A DNA stretch of 64,000 bases, taken from Raillietiella orientalis. Taxonomy: Eukaryota. The DNA is taken from assembly GCA_036172245.1 (NCBI GenBank), contig JAYWIR010000003.1, positions 4,960,001 to 5,024,000 of the forward strand, given 5' to 3'. The translations under genes and the position numbers were made by a program. Below, one piece after another: positions 1 to 12,058 of the stretch. The notes below the pieces were generated by a model. That model worked only from the letters and a program-made list of their open reading frames with translations, did no database searches and was not told the origin of the DNA. Numbering within the stretch: the first letter of the stretch is position 1; each line of letters begins with the position of its first letter.

Positions 1-968
1 GGTTGTAACTCCAATTCCCAAGGATCCTGACCATTTAGCTACAGTACGATCCAAACGCACTTCAAATAGTTCCTCAGCTAGTAATGGTCGATTAGTAAGC
101 ACCACTGCATCCCTAAAATCTTCTAATGCATTAGGTCTAAAGGCTAAATAGCCTTGGTTGGAAACTACAGCATGACAACCACAGTTACTATGAAAGCGTA
201 AAGGAATGGATGATTCTGCATCTTCAGATGTGAACAGTGAAGAGCACACTTCAAAGGAGAACATGATCACATTCATACACACTCAAATTTTACCAGAGAG
301 ATCTTCATCACTACTGGAGCAATCTGCCATTCCTCTGAAAGGTGACACCAAGTCCACTCTCACTGCCTGACCATATAGGTCCACAACCCCCCACACCTGT
401 GGAGATGTGATGGAAGCAGCAACTCCTTGATCCACTCCATTAATAAAAAAATGCAACTCCCCATTCTGTTGCCTTTGCACCCCCACTCGATCTCCCTTCT
501 GCACAGCAACATGTTAGTCTTTGTCAACTTAGACTGTCAAAATTGATTGCCATGCCTGAAGACTATCTAAACTCCTCTGACTGTAATTTGTCAGCATAAT
601 TTTCCCATTTGTATAGATGTCATTTCCAGACAGCATGATTGTCCCACTTTTCATAACAGTCATTGTAGTAGGAAACTGAATCCATTCAGGACTATGGGTT
701 GTTACTCCAATTTCAATACTGCCTGACCATTTGTCAATCAATTTTTCAAGGGACACCTGCTCTGGGCTAAACAGCATACATTAAACTCCTGTTTGCCTAC
801 TTCAAAACGCTCAGCATCTCTCAAAGAACGGGAAGTCATTACAATTCCATTATTGAATTCATCATATGGAGAACGACGTTCTGCACAAGATTTCTTGTGA
901 TGCAGTATGACTGAAGATCCACAACGTTCATGGAAAGTAAGGTGACAAGATTCATTATTAGTATTCAT
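1..968 (-). CDS. NEURL4: Neuralized-like protein 4 (tandem NHR domains), 5' part; exons 968-801, 756-556, 498-294, 248-<1; continues beyond the window
   Basis: The spliced translation gives two NHR repeats: FHERCGSSV...[48 protein letters not shown]...[12 protein letters not shown]...[11 protein letters not shown]...WGVVDLYG, then LRFHSNCG...[19 protein letters not shown]...[22 protein letters not shown]. Introns of 44, 57 and 45 nt preserve the frame. Confidence 0.9.
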
Positions 969-3109
969 GGTTATGGTGAACTCTATGACCAAAAATTTTT
1001 AGTACATTGCTGATATCCGACATCAATCTTTTGGGATTTTGCAGTGTATTGCTTGAGTGCCTGAAATATTGGTTGCAATTTCAGTTATTGAAAAAAGAAA
1101 GCCTACTCTGTATGATTAAGCAAAACTTTTTTCATGACGGACTTGAAAAACCGCCATTGTCATGAATTATTGGCTATGTGGCATTCCACATACACCTTTC
1201 TTAAAAAGCTGTATGTGGCTATTGGTTTAATTTGGTTTATTTTTCTTCTCTAAAGAGCAATGTAACTAAGAAGCAATGTGAAAAAGAGAGTGAAAAAGAT
1301 GTATACCTAAAATCCCCTTTTCTGAAACGTCATCTCTATTATACTATATATTATGGTGACAACACATTTTAAACTTAAGCTTTGGAAGTGATTAGCCATT
1401 CCACTCACTTAAAACGCCCATTGAAATCTGTGTGTACGAAAGAAGACGAGAAATGAAAGGCCATCCGCCGGGCTTATTCGCACTTCACCATACAATCCCC
1501 AATTTTCGTTAAGCATATTCTATGATTGCAGTCACTATATGCTGAACTCGAGCAATGGTACAAAACCATTTGTGCTGCTAGTATATGGGCACACAGTGAG
1601 TTGCACGGCATTGAAACCTGAAATTAACCACGACGCAAGAAAAAAATATTTATAATTTAATTCACTTCTGGCTCATTTTTAATTAGGTATCAGATGCAAG
1701 GTGTGACTAAATCTGTTGCTAATGAAACATGCAATCTTACATTTCTGGTGACGCTTTCAAAGTGTTTTATCACGAATGGGCAGGCCGGGGGCCCTTTCTC
1801 GCTCTGCAAGTCACAGTAGCCACGAAAGTACGAAACATGCAATGTCCATGCAGTACTTGTCGGTATCGTCATTACCAGTACCGTCTGGTTATTTTTCCCG
1901 GAGCATCTCGCGTTTCCAAAAAAATTTGAAGTCAAAGAAGAATTACGGCTTAGTTCGGAAGGAATGCTCCAGCATTTCCTCTTGCAAGTTCAAAGTGGAA
2001 CTAAATCCCTCCGTCCTCACTCTCTCCCGGTGGAGGAGATGCATCTGTGCAAAACAAACACCTAAATACTGACGGCTAACAAAAAGGAGTGCAGATTTCG
2101 TAGAAGGACTGGCGTTTCGGACGCCCTCCGAAGCGCCTCACAAAGTCCCACTCTCGAGTTCCCGTTTTCGAATAAGGCACACCTGAAAGCACAAAAGGTA
2201 AAACAAATGCTTCCCTTGAAACCACTCTGCTTGGCTCAGGACTGCCTCCGACAAATATAAAATATTTTTATTTTTTATTCAAATGAAAAGGTTTCTCGTC
2301 ACATGCAGCGCACATGCGACATGACTGGTAAATTGCATTCCAGCTTCAGATAGAATTTATCCAGTCAATCTATAAACTTGAACACGGAAAACTCTTTTGC
2401 CACATTCACCTTTTTTATGAATTTCGCAACACGAAATCGAGTGTTCGTTCCCATCCATCTTGTGATGCGATCAGGGTTTACTTACATTCGTAACCGACTC
2501 GATGTCATTATTTTCAGTGTTTTTTTTACTTGCTATAGTTGTCGAGTTTGGGATCATGTCACATAAAACTTCTCTTCTTTAAAACGTAAGGAAGCCATTT
2601 AAATTTGCTCTTTATGAAGCACTTCTTTCGGTCTGTGAAGGCATATCATTGTGATTATAAATCCTTTATACATATATTGATGTAACACATGCGATCAGAA
2701 GCAACTGTAGAGAGAATCAGTTAGCAAAAGATGTAATTTTCATGATCCGATGCATGCCATAAAAATGCTGTAGGCATTTAAGAAACTGAAAATGGGTAGG
2801 AATCTAATCTCATGAACGGGTAGGTTACCTACGAATAATGAAGGCACTCCTTTCATCAGGTATACAAAAAATTCTAAATGCATAGATTTCTGGTTATGTA
2901 TCAATACGGTGAACATATAAATGACACACGAGCATAGAAGGAAACTACGGCAACATCCGAGTAATAGGGTAGAAACTTTGTGATAACCTCAGCATTCGAT
3001 CTGGAGAACATCAAATTATATGACCCGAAATATCGAATCGAATATCGTAGGGTAACTTGGTTGCAGCAGGATCCCCTGGTCTGAGATCCTGATGCAACCA
3101 ATAGGATTG

Positions 3110-3260
3110 CATTGGCATCGGATGTCCAGTCTCCATGCTTTATAGAGCTGATGCTCATCTCATTTCAACCATTTCACCTTCACGAAGGTGCTTCTACACG
3201 TCTAACGTGGGTCTTCTGCGGGTTCCTCATCTTGTATCCGTCAGTGCTGATCTTTGCACT
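3110..3260 (-). mobile_element. Degenerate tyrosine recombinase C-terminus (DIRS/Ngaro/Crypton-like relic)
   Basis: Minus-strand KTHVRRVEA followed by IKHGDWTSDA resembles the YR motifs HS(F/L)RRGGA and I..HG.W.SD. Interrupted by stop codons. Confidence 0.45.
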
Positions 3261-4379
3261 GCCCTTCATCCTTGTATTCCGTGCTATTCCTTGCAAATAT
3301 CACTGTGCGTTAGTTAACAAATGAGGAATGAGCATTCGTATGCAGCTGATAACTGTGTTTTGGCTGATGGAGCCTGCAGAAGTAATCTACATGTCCATTA
3401 CCCTCGCTGGCTGGAGCAATCATTCCGATTTTTCCAAGGAGCAGCAATGGGAAAACATCCAGTTTGACAGCATCCGAGTTGTAAGAAATTCTACGACAAT
3501 AACGCCAGCATGTGATGGAATGAGAATCCCTGCTTCTTGTTCATCCATTGCCAGTGACTGAGAATTCTACTTGGACAGTAGCAGCAACTTTCACAGGTTG
3601 AAGTTCCTTCTTGGAAGCCAGAATGTTCCTATTGAAAAGAGGAATAGTAACTTGGCTCTTATAGCGAATTCCAAATGGAAGTCCCTCTCGGTGGGTTCCA
3701 TGAGGATGAACATCATGGAAAATCACCGATAGGAACAACTAGGCTGCCACCACATCTTCGAATCAAACACTTCTTTCCATACACTAAGAATATCCTTCAG
3801 AGGCAGTTCTTTACACTGCCTGTTGGAGGCAATAGAAAAAACAAAGACGTCCAAAAAATCTGCCTAAAGAGTTTTTCTCCACTCTTCTGTGTGAATCGCT
3901 TAATCGCGGACAACGCATCCTTGCCCATGTGAGGTCAGTTCCCTTTATAGCACACACTGTCCCGATCAAGAAACCAGACTCTTGCATCCTCTTTTAAATG
4001 ACGGACGCTCACGTCGTTTTCCCTAGTCCGACGAGCGGTGGAGTGAATTTGTTGATCTGACCTACAATTCTATAAAGTGTTAGCAAAGTTTCAACAACAC
4101 ACTTTTATGAACCACACTCTACCCACTCAATTTCACACTGAAAATCGCGGTCCGAGAGACTCTTCCTATATCTTTTGTAGGATGCAGCGGATGACTCACG
4201 CTGGAACTCCTTCATATCCTCTGATGCTGATTTCACTCTTTAGACGGCCTATCAAGACGTCCCGCGCTGTGACCTCCACTCCACTTCCAAAGCTTGGTTC
4301 TCCTGGTGAGAATGCTGCGGATGAAGAGACCAGGATGATCCTCCAGGTGGGGTTCTACAGGAGAACTATTCCTTGTCCT

Positions 4380-5900
4380 TCGAAGGGTCTATGATAAACC
4401 TCAATCTTGAACTGAGCTGTCGTTTCCGTGGTCTTCTTGACCAATTTCCAATCCTGGACAATTGTCCGGCAGCTGTGGAGGTGGAAGTCATCTTTTGTGA
4501 CCTGCACGCCAGGCTCAGTTCATCGTCTGGGCCCTCAGTCCCGTGTCGAATCCTCGTGCTGCACAGGATCCCTCCGTGATAAAACATCAGGAGGCAGTCC
4601 TGGATGTATGGCGGCAGTTCGGATCTCAGATGTCGGTTCTGATAGTTTCTAGACTGGGAGTAGCTGCACAAACCATGCCCACATCGTTTCCATTGCTTCT
4701 CCTGGGGAGGCGTGCAGTTGTAGGTGGTTCTTCAGAGCTTGTGGTTGATCTTCGTCCACTGCGAAATCTGTGTTTGCCAAACTTCTCGGCTCTTGCCGGT
4801 CGTTCATTCTCGCATCTGGACCTTGTACCGGAGCACTCGCACGTCGTGGGTGTTCCCACTGTATTTCCAACGCTTGTAGTAGCCGATGTCAAACACATTC
4901 TCCTCTAGAACCATTTTTCTTTGGTCCATGGGATGCTTTTGAAAAGCGGATCATTTGAAAAGCGAGCTCCTTGCTCCAGAGTTTCCTGCTCTTCAGGGCG
5001 GTTTTCATTCTGGCGTTCTTGGCGAGGAGTTGCTTCCTCATCCAGGTCGATTCTATCTTCTGCCCCTTGTCCTGGTGATCTGGACAAGGAGGAAATCATG
5101 TCACCGGTTCCCTCGAGCCATTTTCAGTAGGCTCAGAGGAACACGCATCGCCAAGCGCCTCGTGTGCCTGGTCAGGTTCAGCAGCTTCTGGAGTTTGGCT
5201 CCGTGGCTGTGTCTCTATGGTCGAAAAAGGCCAGACAAACAGAAACGTCATCCCCATCGTCTTCTCCTTCCTGAGTATCAAGATAAGATGGCTGGCTGCA
5301 CTCCGCGCTCTGAAAGGAGGAACTTGACTGCATTCTGGACAGGATGCCAGAGATGCCAGGGAGGCGACTGTGATCCCTTCCCTTGCCTCCCCGCCCCAAT
5401 CCTTCGAAGATTTTTGTTGCCGTGCATTCTGGTTTTTGTTTACTCCCTTTCCCCGTCTTTTCCTTGTGCGGACCTCCTTGAGCAAGCTGCTCGCGAGCAG
5501 GAATTCCCGGACTCGTATCGATGCAGTGGGATCTGCAGTCCCGCCACGGAGGAAAGACTTTTTTGTGCATATCTACAATGTATTTGTATGTCTGTGTATG
5601 TGTGTGTTTTACAATAAACGCCCTGGCGCGACCAGATGAAAACTCCTCCGAGGACATGTTCGTTCCTTGTTAGTAGTTACCTTCCCTCCTGACCTTTCTC
5701 AGTGTATCCTTTCATTAAAGTAAAGGGGGCGCCAATCCATCTCCCAGATGGACGCCAAGATACTTTCTGCGTCTGCTATCTTGAACCCATGAGAGAGCAG
5801 GATAGTAGTATCGAGGATTCCAACGGTGAGAGCATAGGGACTTTGCGTGAGAACGCTCATGTCTTTGTTCCCAGTGTGACCTGAGGAGAAGTGGATTTAT
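4380..5900 (-). mobile_element. Decayed non-LTR retrotransposon ORF2 (L1/Tx1-like), from the end of RT to the zf-RVT region
   Basis: Motifs in the expected order on the minus strand: RKYLGVHLG (about 5740-5765), VFIWSR (about 5625-5645), FSNDPLF (about 4940-4960), and LPPYIQDCLLMFYHGGIL...HLHSCRTIVQDWKLV (about 4440-4620). Many frameshifts. Confidence 0.6.
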
Positions 5901-6309
5901 TATTCTTTCAAATAAAAATTACAGTCACACGTGTCTTTGCAGACACTTTCTCCAGTGTTCCTGAACACCAAAGTTCACTTCACCAAGTGCCATTTTCTTT
6001 GTTCACCTTCCAAAAGAAACTATCTTTGTTGGGGGAGAAGTCACTAGGTTCTGATGGGTATTCCACTCGGGCCGATCCGACGTCTTCTTCAAGATGCAGT
6101 GGTAAGTCCAGGCGGTCACTCTGCCACAGTTCCTGATCCCTAAGAGCAGGGAACTCTGGAGGCGTTCCTGTTTGTCCTCCAGGGCATCAGCTGCCCGCTA
6201 TGAACATCTCCCTCTTGATGATTCATTGGATGATGTTTACAGAAGGCAGCTATCGCTCCTGTGTTCCGCATCTTTGCCTTTCTTATCTCCATGCTTGTGA
6301 TGAAGAGGG

Positions 6310-6840
6310 CGATGATGGTTCAGACCATGGGATTGTATCGGGGGATGTTCCTGTTCCCTCCGAACATGCGCGCCAAGATCTCCATCTTCGTTTTCGTCTG
6401 CAGGTCGGTCACCGCCTTCAGCTTTGTCCAATCCTGGCGCAGCGTCGGGTAGCTGGAAAAGTGGAGCTGGGTTTCCCCATCTCCACAGGCCTTGCAGAGG
6501 TCGTTTTGGCTGCTGTCTGTCCAATGTTTCATTCGGGAGCCACGTAGGGTGGCTTTGTGATAGTACTCATCCTGAGTGTCCGATGATAGCTCACTCCTCC
6601 ATATCGTTGTGTCAACCGCTGGCAGGTTCACGTTGCAGATCTCCGTATCGGTTGGCGGCCTTGTCGAGTGCGTCGTCTTCATCGGAATCCTGAATTTTCT
6701 CGGAGATGTTGACTCTGATGATCAGACACCCCGCGTTGGTCTCTCGATGCTTCCATAGCTCGCGTGTCCTGAGGCTCGATCTTCCAATCATTTGTGCAAT
6801 GTTGTGGTGCAGCCACACTCTTTTTGTCGGTGTTTACTTT
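6310..6840 (-). mobile_element. Second LINE (L1/Tx1-like) 3' fragment with a zf-RVT zinc-binding region
   Basis: ORF 6320-6682 reads IWRSELSSDTQD..YHKATLRGSRMKHW...DLCKACGDGETQLHF....RQDW, matching the IW...H..L...C..C..ET..H...W pattern at the C-terminus of L1-clade ORF2. Confidence 0.7.
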
Positions 6841-6852
6841 TGTTCCGACTCG

Positions 6853-7211
6853 AGCACGCTCACCGCGGATGCGCCGAGTCAGCTGGACATCTTTCAGCAT
6901 GATGGTTACGCCCTTGGCATGGATAGCGCATAGATCGGTATCTTCAGAGGCCATCCAAATAGGGCTTCACTAGCTTCTGGCAGGGAGGATACTGAAAAGA
7001 TTTGGAAACGTAAGTCTGTTTTGAAATCTTGAGCTATTTCACGTACTAAACGTTGCAACTTGTGGATAAGCAGCTAAGCCCTCTTTGGGTAACGACGAAA
7101 CTCTCTCAAGGCAACAGTGCCTGGTCGGTAACGATTTTTAACAGTTCCTGTAGCTAAAGCACTCTTGAGAGTCGTCTTCGTTGCTAACTGCTTCCTCGGT
7201 GCCCTACCACC
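6853..7211 (-). pseudogene. H3: Histone H3 pseudogene (residues about 12-135)
   Basis: [69 protein letters not shown]...EASEA(frameshift)[31 protein letters not shown]. In-frame TAG at 7074-7076, small deletions, N-terminus missing and native stop codon lost. Confidence 0.95.
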
Positions 7212-7229
7212 AGGGCAAGCTGGTTGGTA

Positions 7230-7915
7230 ACGAGCGGATGCACCTCCACGCTCGTCGCTTCATCAGAAATCCTGACGTCTGTCGCCTGGCGGAATACAAA
7301 GCTGGGGCTGAGAAGAAGGCAATCCGGGTCAGTGAGTTTGCTGAAAGACAATGCCGGGAGCACTCGGCTCCAGCTCAGATGAGCCTCATTCCACTGGACT
7401 TTTACTCCTCCTTATACGCGAGATCAATACCAGAGCGCGACTTTTGCGCGGCGTTTTGCTGCCAGAGGGTGCTCCCGCTTTAAGGAAGGAGGACCAAATA
7501 AGTCTCGAGCAGCCTTTTACGATGGCGATCATCTCTGCCATCGGAAAGCTGAAAAAACGCAAGGTATCAGGGGAAGACGACCTGTGCACATAGTTTTACC
7601 AATGGTTCGTGGAAGAACTCGTCCCGCTGGTGCACAAACTGTGCATGTTGATCTTCGAACGAGGGGATCTTCGTTCCGATCAGCTAGAGTACGCTAGAGC
7701 CGTCTACTCCCTTCGGGAGGAGACCTTCGCAACATAGGCAATTGACGTCCTATCACAATGGTGAATGAAGTTGCGAAGTTGCTTGACAAACTGTGGGATG
7801 AGCTACTGAAGTGACCACAGATTCGGCCACTCGTCCGAATCCGTGCTCAGTCCGGAGCAGATTTACGTTGTTCCCGGATGAACCATAGAGACCAGCCTGT
7901 TCTTCGCCAGCAAAT
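7230..7915 (+). mobile_element. LINE (L1/Tx1-like) reverse transcriptase N-terminal fragment, pseudogenised
   Basis: LEQPFTMAIISAIGKLKKRKVSGEDDLCT*FYQWFVEELVPLVHKL...IGN*RPIT...PEQIYVVPG*TIETSL corresponds to the K.PG.DG...EFY, NWRPI and Q....GR.I motifs of LINE RT. Confidence 0.8.
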
Positions 7916-7926
7916 GGTGGCAGTTG

Positions 7927-9040
7927 TTACAGAGCGATGCACCGACGGTTCCAGAGAATCCTGGATTCTCCTCTGACCAGGGATGAGAAACGGGCACGTT
8001 GGGAACCCTTGTAGCTGCAAGCGACTTGCGAAAAGCTTTCGATTTTCACCCGGGTTTCGCCGGGGTGTTTATTAAAAACTAAACTTTTACAAAGACGTTC
8101 TGTGGATGGACCAGTGCTCCAGCCACGCACGAAGAAACACAGAGCCTGCCGTCTCACCGGTTCGCAGACCGGTACGGTCCACCACGGCAGCAGGGGGAAG
8201 GGGGAATAAACAAAAAACTAAACAAAAAAGAAAATAAAACTTGGGAGGGTAAGGGAAGGGATCACTGTTGCTGGTGGGGCCGTTGCATCCTCTGCAGGAT
8301 GCCGGCAAGCTCTTTCTGCATTCCTGGATCCAGGTGGGGCCATCGCGACGCCCTCTTCAAAAATTCGGCGGCGTGCAGGATGGCACCCTTATCGCGAGGT
8401 CTCCCGTAGCCTTGCTCCAAGCGGCGACGATCCCGCGAAGGCAGCCCACGGCTGCTAACGAGGCCGCAGGCCGAAGGACGTCGGCAACGAAGAGGGCTTT
8501 CAATGTATCCCTGGGGGCGAAGAGCTTTCGACTGCGTCGACCAGGAGCACCTTCTGGAGCTCCAGGAACGCCTGGACTTTCCGGTCGTATTGTCGGTCTA
8601 TCGACGCTTCATGCTTGTCAGTATTTCTTTCAGCGGCCGGCACGTGTACGGTGTGCCTGTTCGCAGCGGTATCAGGCAGTGAAGCTCTTCAGCGTGTTCT
8701 TTGAGTTGGTGCTGAGCATAGAGGGAGACTCTGGCAAACCTACCCAGCTAATGCCCGGGCATGTCTGCCGTGTAGGCAGACATGCTGGCTCCAGTACGTG
8801 CGACGTGGGCCAAATGGCCGCACTAAATCCGCTTGATAATCCCCTTGGGCAGGTATATCGAGTTAGCGTACCGTTGGGGACTTCTACGTTGAAGAAAAAT
8901 GGTCCGACCATCTCCAAAAAGTGGAGATGGCACTCAGTCCGTTCTAAACGGCAAGTTTTACTTGCAGGAACGGGCCGCGGTGTGTAGCGCGTTTGCGGCT
9001 CCCCTCTTCTGCCCTCTGCTTTTTGTTTGCCCCCTCCCAC
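7927..9040 (-). mobile_element. Possible retroelement gag/ORF1-like relic lying antisense between LINE fragments
   Basis: Broken minus-strand frames with a Cys/His cluster (CRVSLYAQHQLKEHAEELH) and a downstream FLRAWLEHW stretch reminiscent of the DIRS pre-RT region. Family not identifiable by eye. Confidence 0.3.
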
Positions 9041-9420
9041 CCAACATCAAGAAAAGAACCGAGCACCTTCTGAGGAAAACTCTCTGTGGCACCGGGAGGT
9101 CTCGAATTCGGTTAAAAGACTTGTGACTTGCGCGTTCCGTACAAGGATGGTGGACTGGGACTCCTTACGCTGGTGCAGATGACGGCTCCAAATTCAGTAG
9201 ACTCCCTTGCGGCGAAGTTTCGGACAACGCCTTGGTGCGCACCTACGCGCCTCCTCACCAGAAGAGCGACCGGCTGCGAAGGATGGGGGGTTTGCAACGT
9301 TGGACTGGAGTCCATCCACTGGAGTGGCAGTGGGTCTCTCTGACGCTGTTGTCCGACATGTTTCTGAGCCAAAAATCTCAAGAAGTCGAGGTAAAAGAGG
9401 CACAAGGGAGACAATCATAA
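9040..9420 (+). mobile_element. LINE post-RT fragment
   Basis: RVPYKDGGLGL (9128-9165) is the conserved P...GGLG motif that follows RT in L1/Tx1/RTE-type ORF2. Same strand as the 7230-7915 fragment. Confidence 0.6.
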
Positions 9421-9599
9421 AGTAAAGAAATACAGAAGTAGTTTGGGAGGAATCTTCACGCACTGTCACCTCGTGACCTCTTGAAGTCTGCCGCTTTGTT
9501 TCGGAATGGGCAAAGGTGAGCGGTCAGGTTCCTGATATCCTACGGCACGTAGAATGGCCACATGGAACTAGTCCTATAAGAAAACGTATGTTTGAGGTA

Positions 9600-10050
9600 T
9601 ATAGGGTGCTCTCCGATCATGTGTAGTGACTCCATCTAGTGATGTCATCTTTGTACATCGACGATCTTGTGGCACCATACTGAGGTAAAGTTTTCCAGTC
9701 GAATCAAAGAAGAACCGTAGAAATCGGGCAGGTTTTTGATGCTCATCAAGGTTCCATTAACAATGAATTAGATATGATCTAGAAGTGCAAAACCCCTTCC
9801 ATAGGACTCTGGAAAGGAGATAAGAAAGAGGACACATGAGTTACCAACAGGTGAGGACTTCGGGTAAATCTATGTCTGCAGCGATCGATAAACGAAATAT
9901 CCGGACGATGTAAAGACAAGCTTCCGGAAGGATGGAGGTTAAACCGATGTTGGAAAACGGAGCATCTAATATAGCATTTAGTGACTCCACGATCGCTGCC
10001 TATATGCACAAGAAAATTATCTCAAGTTCACGCACAATTTAACTTGAGGC
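9600..10050 (+). mobile_element. DIRS-like RT/RNase H relic
   Basis: SLYIDDLVA (YxDD at 9654-9665) followed by IAFSDSTIAAYMHK (about 9970-10011), resembling the DIRS RNase H motif SD.TTAVAYINK. Confidence 0.45.
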
Positions 10051-11779
10051 AATTGAAGCATCCATTATTGCACTGGCGTCAGGGGGAGATCATACCCTGC
10101 ATTGGTCGCCGTTGGGATTCGGGGCATTTTCTATATGATGCGCCGATTATCAATTCGTCCGTATAGAGCGATCCAGCTTTCTGTCTGTGCCGACACCAGC
10201 ACCCGCGTACGGTTCTGATAGAACGTGCAGAAGATGCGGAAAATAGACAGAATCGCTAGGCTACACTTCCTCAACACATGCGTCAGCAACCAGACCCTGG
10301 TTGCGGAGAGGCACGACGAGCTGGTGACCCAGAACTGATGCATCGGGAGTTGTAAGCAGCCAACCAGACCAACCCGGGCTTAGCTCGAATCTCAGTACAG
10401 ATTTCGGTCCAGGGAGAAGGAAAAGAGGTTGAAGTAAGTGTAAGACTGCAGCTGAAAGTGAGGGAGGGGTATGATGGTGTTCTTCCTCCGTCTCTGCTGT
10501 TCTCTTTCGGATACTTCTGAGACCTCCAGGTATCATCTAAGAACAAATTCCTGGTATTTGCATGCCTCTGATTGCTTCTCTCCTCCTTGCCTCCCTTTTG
10601 ACTGCGGCTGTTTTCCTAGTCGCAAGGGATAGGTCGGGAGCAGAAGGATCGCAAAGAACCCAGGAAAAGGATTTTCTATGACCTCACGACTCTATATATT
10701 TAAAATCCCTCCTCGTTTTACCGTCAAATTTGTTCTAGATCCATTGAAGATTGGGAAGGGGAGGAGGTCACAGTGATGATTTGCTGGACTTTGAGATTGA
10801 TCAAAAAGAATTACTATTTTAATGATAAAAACATATCGTTTCTAAATCATGATTGATTATCATGTCATTATTTATTTCCCTGTTCATGAATTTACAGCAG
10901 ATCAGTGCAACACAAATATGCATGAGAAGATATTCTGTTCTAAAAGGGATAGATGAATATGGTTCCGAAAATGCCGATAAATTACTTTAAATCACTTTAA
11001 AAACACTCATCGAAATCAAAAATGAATAAACATAGAATCAAAACAGTGATAAAAAACTGGAAATAAAAAGCGTTAAAGAGTGATATTCAAGTATAAGTAA
11101 ATATACAGCTAACTGTTACTATGGAGATTTCTCTCATTTCATGATACTTAAGCAACCACGAATGCTTTTGATTAATTACTTATTTGACCCTTCTCATGTA
11201 CATCAAATACCATCATAAATAACATAATGTGCGCATAGAACTATTCTAAGACAAAACTGATAAGCTAAGAAGCTCTGAATAAGAGACAAATTCTCAATAA
11301 GAGAAGCACACGAAAAAGTAAAGCTCACCCTAAAAGTAAGGGAATTCCACACATGCTGGTAACCCTGCAAAATTCGTGGCTTCCTGCGCTTCGAAGGTGC
11401 TGAGCGAATTTTGGACGCAGAATCGTTGAGCTGTAGAAGGAGTCCTCTTGATAGAAAGGGAAGGTCAGTTGCTTTGTGAAGATTTCTAAGGAAAGAAAGT
11501 GGCATTCAAAGAAAGTGGAGGCTGAAGATAGGAATCCAAACGTTAGTTGCATTCTTTTATCGGAAGGCAAGGGGAATTTTTGCTTCTGCTGCACCAGCAT
11601 CATTTAACCGTCGTCTGTGGAATGAGCAGTAATTCCTACCGAAGTATTTGGTACTTCACAATGTGATCTTGTCAAGTCTGGAGTTTGTTTTTAATCACTG
11701 TGTGCGAATCTATTTGTGGACTTCTTGGTTCTCGTATGATATTGGAGGGTCTGTTTTCAACAAGTTCCGGCGCATCGTA

Positions 11780-12058
11780 ATGGCCTTCGGCCTTAACCAA
11801 AAAGTGTTAAATCCAGTGCCACCAATAAAAGGCAGTTTTCCTCTTGACCACAAAGGGCAGTGTAGGTTGGAAATGCTCAGGTATTTAGTGTGTTTACGGC
11901 AGCAAGAAAATTTGCACAATGAGTGTCGAAAATTGGCCCAGTTGTACTTGGAGTGTCGAATGAATAATAATCTGATGGAAAAGGAAACGTTATCGAAATT
12001 GGGATACCCAGATATGGATTCTGCTGATAAAAGTGCCATTAGTGATGATCAAAAATGA
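11780..12058 (+). CDS. COX19: Cytochrome c oxidase assembly protein COX19 (twin CX9C), 92 aa, intronless
   Basis: MAFGLNQKVLNPVPPIKGSFPLDHKGQCRLEMLRYLVC...NECRKLAQLYLECRMNNNLMEKETLSKLGY contains the diagnostic PP.KGSFPLDH motif, two CX9C motifs and CRM..NLM...LG. Confidence 0.95.
   Translation: MAFGLNQKVLNPVPPIKGSFPLDHKGQCRLEMLRYLVCLRQQENLHNECRKLAQLYLECRMNNNLMEKETLSKLGYPDMDSADKSAISDDQK

Noticed and set aside
2106..2148. GC-rich stem-loop as a possible ncRNA or Helitron end
   Set aside because: No similarity to ncRNAs I recognise and no CTRR terminus at the expected distance.
11648..11779. N-terminal extension of the COX19 ORF and the antisense ORF 11710-12039
   Set aside because: The track start is a TTG; homology begins at ATG 11780, and the antisense ORF is a shadow of the real gene.
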